A stretch of DNA of 64,000 bases, from NCBI GenBank assembly GCA_002430735.1, contig DJCV01000010.1, forward strand, positions 7,705 to 71,704. Reading direction: 5' to 3'. The notes under the pieces are model-generated. The model was not told where the DNA came from. It ran no database searches and was given only the letters and a program-made list of their open reading frames with translations. The position numbers and the translations under genes are program-made. Position 1 is the stretch's first letter; each line of letters opens with the position of its first letter. Positions 57,994-64,000 of this stretch are shown piece by piece. The stretch comes from Candidatus Woesebacteria bacterium UBA5941. Its GTDB lineage: Bacteria > Patescibacteriota > Microgenomatia > UBA8517.

Positions 57994-58443
57994 TTATGGA
58001 TTTCCTTTCCAGTTGGTAAAAGTGGTAGTTGCGACCGACTGATGCGAACCGTTTCCATCAGACCAGGTAACCGTTGAGGTGGCATTTACAGTCGAGGTAT
58101 TTACCCGCGTAAACGTGATAGTCCGCCTAAACGGAGTTGCTGGGATTACATCATTTGTTCCACATGCACCTGAGTGAGAACCTCCAGTATTCCAACTCAG
58201 AGTCACTATACACCAGCTTCCATTTGTTCTTCCATAAAATGTCTGCCAATCTGCATCCCGTTCACCTCGAAGCCACTCCAGAGATTGCTGTGCATAACTG
58301 GTTGCAAGCGTTTTGTTCCGCGCAAATGTGGTGTTAGCAAGGCTTCGGATAACTAATGAGACCAATGCTAATAATGACATGCTCACGATAAGTAGCGCCG
58401 CAATTAACTCAATAAAGGATTGGCCGCTATTATTTTTTCTCAT
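57994..58443 (-). CDS. PilV-like minor pilin
   Basis: SG/QSFIELI, A..YAQ..LE..R, V.W. Confidence 0.82.
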   Translation of the reverse strand: MRKNNSGQSFIELIAALLIVSMSLLALVSLVIRSLANTTFARNKTLATSYAQQSLEWLRGERDADWQTFYGRTNGSWCIVTLSWNTGGSHSGACGTNDVIPATPFRRTITFTRVNTSTVNATSTVTWSDGNGSHQSVATTTFTNWKGNP

Positions 58444-58958
58444 TGTAATTGAATTTCACCTGTTGAGCTTATCGTAATATCTTGTGTTCGCGCAGTAGTT
58501 GGACTATTCGCAACGGTTAATGTGACCTGATTTCCTTGGGGAATGTCCGTACCCATTTCAAGTGGGTGAAAGAGTATTGTAATAACCCCTGCAGTCGGTG
58601 TTCTGTTTATGGTAAGGAAGACTCCCGTTGGCAACGTGACAGTCTTGACCGTTGCTGATGTTGTTTGGCAGGCGGCGATTAAGGAGTAGGAAGTAGACCG
58701 CCCACCACCTGCGACAGCGCTCGCTGTGAAACTAACTTGATACCCCAAGAACTGGCCGGTACACCCTGTGATAATGCGGCCACCTGAAGCATTGGTTTGC
58801 GCAGTTCGTAAGTCACCAACTAAAATGCGTGCAAAATTGTCTACATCTTGCCGTCTACTGAAGTCACGAAAATTTGCAACTCCAACACCTGCTGCGAGAG
58901 CGATAATCACAATCACAATTAATAACTCAATAAGTGAGAAGCCACGAACGCGCATCAT
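58440..58958 (-). CDS. FimT/GspH-like minor pilin
   Basis: RG/FSLIELL, DLR.AQ..A, I...GEI end; ATGA overlap with the upstream pilin. Confidence 0.85.
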   Translation of the reverse strand: MMRVRGFSLIELLIVIVIIALAAGVGVANFRDFSRRQDVDNFARILVGDLRTAQTNASGGRIITGCTGQFLGYQVSFTASAVAGGGRSTSYSLIAACQTTSATVKTVTLPTGVFLTINRTPTAGVITILFHPLEMGTDIPQGNQVTLTVANSPTTARTQDITISSTGEIQLQ

Positions 58959-59431
58959 GGATTGCTTGCTTTGTAATAACATGTTCTACCGGTGCCACAC
59001 ACAGTGCTCCCGCAACTTTGAGCTACAGCCCCTGCAGGAGGTCGTTCTAAGGTAGAACACAAATCATAGCCTGAACCACCACCTGTTTGATTGTATTGAT
59101 AGCTCGCGCCGGCTAATGGGTCAGTTGGAACTTCTTTCATGTAAACATAGGAATTCAAACACTTTGATCCTGAGCTTAACGTTCCTTCGAGCTGTGTGCC
59201 AGCAACGATTTCTCCATTTGCAGGGTATCGATCACAATCCGCGCGATACAATTCAAGGGCAGTACGCAGGGATTCAATATCACTTTTTCTCCGTTGGTCA
59301 CGGGAATTTTCTCGTGCACCTGATAAACCAAAAATAGAGATCGCCATCATGAGCGCAATAATAGCGATGACAATCAATAGCTCAATAAGAGTAAATGCGG
59401 AATGTATTGGTGAATGTTTTTTTAAGGACAT
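58955..59431 (-). CDS. Type IV pilin (GspG-like)
   Basis: SA/FTLIELL, RD..RKSD, LELY.AD...YP, P.DP. Confidence 0.88.
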   Translation of the reverse strand: MSLKKHSPIHSAFTLIELLIVIAIIALMMAISIFGLSGARENSRDQRRKSDIESLRTALELYRADCDRYPANGEIVAGTQLEGTLSSGSKCLNSYVYMKEVPTDPLAGASYQYNQTGGGSGYDLCSTLERPPAGAVAQSCGSTVCGTGRTCYYKASNP

Positions 59432-59859
59432 GTTCCGTTATTAATAGCTGTTGTTGCGGCACGTGTTCCAGTGGAACCATTTGAACAGACGAAATATATC
59501 TGTGCAGGAATCGGCTTCTCCAAGGTTCCCCAAATGACATACTGGGTGTTTGCAGCATTTGTACTATACGAATAGTGATTCGTAGTTGTAGGATCGTCGG
59601 TACACGGCACATTTCCAAGAGGGTTACTTCCACCACAGAGTGAAATCGCATTAACTGTCGGATTCCCATCAGGAAATACGCCATTATTTGCATTCGCATA
59701 ACTTTCAACTGCGTTTTGGAATTGTCTAATATCTGATTGTCTTCGAGCATCACGCGCTGCTGCCTGTCCGCCCGTTACACGAAGAAGGGTAAAGCCTGCC
59801 ATAATGCCAAGCATTGCGAGTACGATGAGTAATTCAATGATCGTAAACCCTTTCTTCAT
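59422..59859 (-). CDS. Type IV pilin
   Basis: KG/FTIIELL, ARDARR.SD, DDP. Confidence 0.88.
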   Translation of the reverse strand: MKKGFTIIELLIVLAMLGIMAGFTLLRVTGGQAAARDARRQSDIRQFQNAVESYANANNGVFPDGNPTVNAISLCGGSNPLGNVPCTDDPTTTNHYSYSTNAANTQYVIWGTLEKPIPAQIYFVCSNGSTGTRAATTAINNGTCP

Positions 59860-59899
59860 AATTCAGACTAGCACAGAAGATTCAGATCACACAATACAA

Positions 59900-60421
59900 T
59901 TATGGAGTTGCTGGAGGAAGCTCTGAATAGAGAATTGAAATGTCTCCGTTAGTACGGCCGGCGTTGCAAACGACATCCCCACATGAAATATTTCGGGCAA
60001 CAATTTGTGGATCGTACTCCTCGTCGTTTGTGCGCTCAAGTGCTGTATATATCTGGAATGTTTTTCCGTTACTGATATATACAAATCTTCTCCCTTTTTC
60101 ATTCGAATATGGGTCTTGAGGAAGAGGATCAAAAAACGGACTGTTTACTGAATTTTCACCCCACGTGCAGCTTTTAAAGAACCAACGACCTAATTCATCA
60201 CGGAAACCGTTACACCCAACAATTGCATAATTGTCATCTGAAAGCGGAAAAGTCGCCAGCGTTTTTTGAAAATCACCCACACGACGCACGATATCACCAA
60301 GCGCGTTTTTGCGTTCATTATCCCGACTCTTTCGATATGAAGCGGAAAGGTTTATAAGCGTTGCGCTCATAATGCAGATAATGACTAATCCAATAAAGCT
60401 AAATTCTCGTTTCGTTATCAT
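59900..60421 (-). CDS. Pilin-like protein with degenerate prepilin motif
   Basis: RE/FSFIGL N-terminus but RD..RK, LP.DP and Y..LE pilin body motifs. Confidence 0.7.
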   Translation of the reverse strand: MITKREFSFIGLVIICIMSATLINLSASYRKSRDNERKNALGDIVRRVGDFQKTLATFPLSDDNYAIVGCNGFRDELGRWFFKSCTWGENSVNSPFFDPLPQDPYSNEKGRRFVYISNGKTFQIYTALERTNDEEYDPQIVARNISCGDVVCNAGRTNGDISILYSELPPATP

Positions 60422-60424
60422 AAA

Positions 60425-61210
60425 TTAAAATAAATGTGGAGTGAGATATTGTAACAAATTGTTTCCATTAAGCATCGCAATCCACATACCAATTACTAAA
60501 AAGGGGCCAAACGCAATTTTAGCTTGCATACTGCTTTTCTTGAAAAGAATAAGTACTGACCCAACCGCAGCACCCAATACGAAACTCATAAATAACCAGA
60601 GGAGAACTAGTGGATATCCAAGCAACAACCCTCCAACAAGCGCAAACTTTACATCTCCTAGGCCCATACCACGACCCTTGGTTATTACATTCAGAAAGAG
60701 AAAGAAACTGCCTGATGCAAAACTGACAAACATACGTGACCACAAATCAGGGGACGGGGAAAACAGCAATACAAAAAATGTCACCAGCAATCCCGTAAAC
60801 ACAAATTCATCAGGGATAATCATCTCTTCAATATCAGTCACAATTATGCCGATTGATAGAAATGCTAAAAGCATTAAGAATACGAGGCCTATCAATCCAA
60901 ATGGCTGAAGCCAGGGGAGATTAGAAAGAATATATGGATATGACACAAATACGCCCACAAAAGAAGCGCCGGTTAAAAGCTCAATAAAGGGTTCACGCAG
61001 CGAAATGCGTTTGTGACAGTTTCTGCATTTTCCGCCTAACAGAAGAAAAGAAACGAGGGGAATATTGTCAAACCAGGAGATGGTGTGTTTACAGGATGGG
61101 CAAAAGGATCGACCTTTGGCAATTGAGATACCTCGTTCGATTCGCCACGTAAATGCACCAAGGAACGATCCTAAAAATAAACCTCCAATAAAAATAAAAA
61201 ATATAAGCAT
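60425..61210 (-). CDS. pilD: Prepilin peptidase
   Basis: GSFL, RS.CP.C, DNIP..S...L.GKC..C, D..E.IIPD, GMGLGDVK, FGPFL. Confidence 0.96.
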   Translation of the reverse strand: MLIFFIFIGGLFLGSFLGAFTWRIERGISIAKGRSFCPSCKHTISWFDNIPLVSFLLLGGKCRNCHKRISLREPFIELLTGASFVGVFVSYPYILSNLPWLQPFGLIGLVFLMLLAFLSIGIIVTDIEEMIIPDEFVFTGLLVTFFVLLFSPSPDLWSRMFVSFASGSFFLFLNVITKGRGMGLGDVKFALVGGLLLGYPLVLLWLFMSFVLGAAVGSVLILFKKSSMQAKIAFGPFLVIGMWIAMLNGNNLLQYLTPHLF

Positions 61211-61223
61211 ATCTATACAAACT

Positions 61224-61276
61224 ACACACACCAGACATTAAGTAACTTTGCGAATTACCTAAGCTCTGGTGTGTGT
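61224..61276. other. Long inverted repeat between the major pilin gene and pilD
   Basis: ACACACACCAGA(61224-35)/TCTGGTGTGTGT(61265-76) perfect 12 bp plus an inner imperfect stem. Confidence 0.65.
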
Positions 61277-61283
61277 TTGGCCA

Positions 61284-61844
61284 TTAGTTCTGCCATCCTG
61301 CGCTGTTTCCAGCGAGACCTGCAGCTGGTGCTGCGGCTCCGCACCACAAACCTCCTCGACCTGCAGCAGTTGAGTACACGAAGTACGCAGTTTGACCTGT
61401 TGCACATCGTGATGTATTTCTCGTTGCTTCAGCTTGAGTGAAAATTACAGCAGCAGCGGTCGTTGCATCGTAACAGAATCCGTTTTCACCAACACCTGGA
61501 CAAGCAGGAGTTGCAGCTAACGATGAATAAGCAACAGCACTTGGTACTACTTTCATTTCACCTGGGGTAACTAAACAGTTAGTGATCCAAGCTGCTCCGG
61601 AACCTCCTCCGACGGCACAAGTACCTGCAGCAGCGTCAGTGTTGTAAGTTCCACCAACTGCGGTAGCATGGGCTTCAACTGCGTGCCCGAGCTGTGCAAC
61701 AGTAGAAGATCGTCCAGCGTCTCGAGTAGCGGCTAATTGCTGAACTGGATTAAGAGCGAGTAACACAACAACGGCTAACGTACCTAAAATTGCAATAACG
61801 ATAAGTAATTCGATTAACGTAAAACCTTTTTGAAATCTTTTCAT
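61284..61844 (-). CDS. pilA: Probable major type IV pilin
   Basis: KG/FTLIELLIVIAILG, LNP..Q....RD..R; six Cys; AAGGAGGTGA upstream; sits between pilC and pilD. Confidence 0.82.
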   Translation of the reverse strand: MKRFQKGFTLIELLIVIAILGTLAVVVLLALNPVQQLAATRDAGRSSTVAQLGHAVEAHATAVGGTYNTDAAAGTCAVGGGSGAAWITNCLVTPGEMKVVPSAVAYSSLAATPACPGVGENGFCYDATTAAAVIFTQAEATRNTSRCATGQTAYFVYSTAAGRGGLWCGAAAPAAGLAGNSAGWQN

Positions 61845-61908
61845 ATAAATTCGTCCATTCACCTCCTTCTATTCAGTATTTTTCTTTCACACCAAAATGT
61901 CAATAGCA

Positions 61909-63114
61909 TCAGATTGCAGTTGTTAAATTATAGATAGGAAGTACCACCGCAACGACCAAAAATGCGACTCCTAATCCCAGGAAAATCATGATGATTGGTT
62001 CAATCGCAGAAGTTAATGCTTTGACCTTTTGTTCACTTTCAACTTCAAAAACGTGTGACACTTTCAGAAGAACTTCATCCATTTTTCCAGTTTCTTCTCC
62101 AACCGAAATCATTTGAGACAAAATATAGGGGAATGCCTCAGGATGCTTTGCAAAAGAGAACGCGATAGGAAACCCTTTTTCAATCTGTTTTCCAACTTCT
62201 TTCAGGGCATCTGCAATAATGACGTTATCAACGACCTCGTTGGTAACAGAAATTCCCTCAAGAATAGGAACCCCTGATGCCACCATCAACGCAAGTGTCC
62301 GGGTCAATTCTGTTAAGACGATCTGTCTACTTAGCGGTCCCATGATCGGGATCTTAAACATAAACGCTGCAAATTTTCGTTTTCCGGAATAGGTATTTTT
62401 CCAAATATTAAACGCCCATGCACCAATTCCAAGAATGATCAGAATAACAAACCACCACGCGAGGATGAAGTCTGATATACCCGTTAAGATGCGGGTCGTT
62501 AATGGCAATTCTGCGCCAAACTGGTCATAGAGCGTTGTCAGTTTCGGAATAACGAACACAATCATAACTAGAGACACACCAATCATTCCGATGACAATAA
62601 TAATCGGGTAAATCAATGCGCCTTTTACTTTTCCACGGAACTCTTGTTGGCGCTCTAAATTATCTGCCAATCGACCAAGTACCTTGTCTAAAACTCCTCC
62701 GGTTTCTCCAGCTTTTATTAAAGCGATATATGAGAGTCCAAAAATCTTGGTGTGACCTTTTAGAGAATTTGAAAAGCTTTGTCCACCTTCAACATCAGCG
62801 AGGATCTGACTAATAATAGGTTGCATTGCAGAGGTAGATTGTAACTGTAAAATAGAAAGCGACTCAGTAAGGGGAAGTCCTGCATTTACCATAGTGGAAA
62901 GCTGTCGGGTAAAGGCAACAACATCAGCAGTACTCACTCTATTCTTAAACTGCTGAAATGTTTGAGTAAAACTCCCCAAACTAACGGTGAGGCTTAAGAT
63001 AATATATCCACGATCACGAAGCAGCTTTGCAGCGAGTTGTTCATTCTGCGCTTCGACAACACCCGTGATTAATTTGCCTTGTTTATCTCGTACTTTATAC
63101 CTGAACTTTTTCAT
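61909..63114 (-). CDS. pilC: Type IV pilus platform protein PilC
   Basis: FTRQL.TM..AG.PL, AGE.GG.L, A..YP, VGEETG, IEP. Confidence 0.96.
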   Translation of the reverse strand: MKKFRYKVRDKQGKLITGVVEAQNEQLAAKLLRDRGYIILSLTVSLGSFTQTFQQFKNRVSTADVVAFTRQLSTMVNAGLPLTESLSILQLQSTSAMQPIISQILADVEGGQSFSNSLKGHTKIFGLSYIALIKAGETGGVLDKVLGRLADNLERQQEFRGKVKGALIYPIIIVIGMIGVSLVMIVFVIPKLTTLYDQFGAELPLTTRILTGISDFILAWWFVILIILGIGAWAFNIWKNTYSGKRKFAAFMFKIPIMGPLSRQIVLTELTRTLALMVASGVPILEGISVTNEVVDNVIIADALKEVGKQIEKGFPIAFSFAKHPEAFPYILSQMISVGEETGKMDEVLLKVSHVFEVESEQKVKALTSAIEPIIMIFLGLGVAFLVVAVVLPIYNLTTAI

Positions 63115-63124
63115 TGATTAAGAG

Positions 63125-64000
63125 TTAGCGCCTCAACATGCGTGAGAGCTGTTCAGGGCGAAGTGAATAATTTTGTGCGTCTTCGAAGCTAATTTTTCCG
63201 GCCTGGACCAGGTTCGCAAGAGAAGCTTCTAATGTTGCCATTCCGGCTTCGCTTGAAGTTTGAATAATTGAATCAATCTGGTGCGTTTTTCCTTCACGAA
63301 TGGCGGTTTTAATAGCTGTTGTGGCAAGCATGATTTCGTGTGCAACAACTCGCCCTACACCGGGAGAGGGGAGTAATCGCTGAGAGAACACAGCTTCAAG
63401 TACGTTTGATAATTGCAGTCGAACTTGGTCTTGTTGTTCGTGAGGGAATACATCAACAATACGATCAACCGTTTGCGCTGCTGAATTTGTGTGCAGGGTC
63501 GCAAACACTAAGTGTCCAGTCTCAGCAATCGTAAGAGCCGCTGCAATTGTTTCGTAATCACGCATTTCTCCAATGAGCACCACATCAGGATCTTCACGGA
63601 GAACAGAGCGAAGTGCAATATTCCATGAGTGAGTATCGTTGCCCATTTCTCGTTGAGAAATAATAGATCGATCTGCGTTAAAGATAAATTCCACTGGATC
63701 TTCAATAGTCACAATATGAACTGATCGATTCATATTAATTTCATTCAAAATTGCGGCTAGTGTTGTAGATTTTCCTTGCCCAGTAGGCCCGGTAATTAAG
63801 ATAAATCCTTGTTGAAGGGACGTGAAATTGTGAATAATATTCGGAAGGCCTAATGCATCAATGGTGGGAATCGTTGTCGGAATCAAACGAAATGCGGCTG
63901 CCCAGGAACCGCGCTGTGTATATGCATTCACACGGAATCGAGCTTTTTCACTAAAGGCTACTGAAAAATCTATTTCTTTATTTACAGCTAAACGCTCAAG
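63125..64000 (-). CDS. pilT: Type IV pilus retraction ATPase PilT (5' end outside window)
   Basis: GPTGQGKSTT, TIEDP.E, LREDPD, AETGHLV..TLHT, AIKTAIRE. Confidence 0.95.
   Translation of the reverse strand, partial: LERLAVNKEIDFSVAFSEKARFRVNAYTQRGSWAAAFRLIPTTIPTIDALGLPNIIHNFTSLQQGFILITGPTGQGKSTTLAAILNEINMNRSVHIVTIEDPVEFIFNADRSIISQREMGNDTHSWNIALRSVLREDPDVVLIGEMRDYETIAAALTIAETGHLVFATLHTNSAAQTVDRIVDVFPHEQQDQVRLQLSNVLEAVFSQRLLPSPGVGRVVAHEIMLATTAIKTAIREGKTHQIDSIIQTSSEAGMATLEASLANLVQAGKISFEDAQNYSLRPEQLSRMLRR

Overview
A 64-kb chromosomal segment of a streamlined bacterium, most consistent with Patescibacteria/CPR (Microgenomates-like; inferred from FKBP-less trigger factor, short HolA and PheT, CPR-type multi-pilin cluster, standard code with TGA as stop). 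Core content: dnaE (partial), rplS, ruvC, holA, a sugar-phosphate/glycolysis cluster (manB/pgm, pgi-pmi, ppsA, eno, gpmI), pepF, a dinB operon, a large secreted GSDH-PKD-LamG protein, tig, an ATP-grasp enzyme, a divergent IMPDH-like/rdgB pair, thrS-infC-rpmI-rplT-pheS-pheT, class A PBP, tyrS, recG, rpmF-nusB-rnc-rpsP-khpA, a type IV pilus cluster and four tRNAs (Phe, Cys, Val, Ala). The most striking pattern is a two-class gene architecture. About 20 conserved genes have a -10 hexamer only 5-9 nt before the start codon and no Shine-Dalgarno (leaderless-type). About 17 small unrecognisable genes are scattered singly or in pairs between them, most as self-contained units (own -10, start codon 30-56 nt downstream, leader often beginning ATCG, strong SD, 3' hairpin). 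Other candidates: a shared SOS-like operator at ruvC and the dinB operon, a compact T-box at thrS, an unassigned ~110-nt structured RNA before tyrS, and a leader-peptide/terminator before the ATP-grasp gene. All family calls come from motif recognition only; no searches were run.
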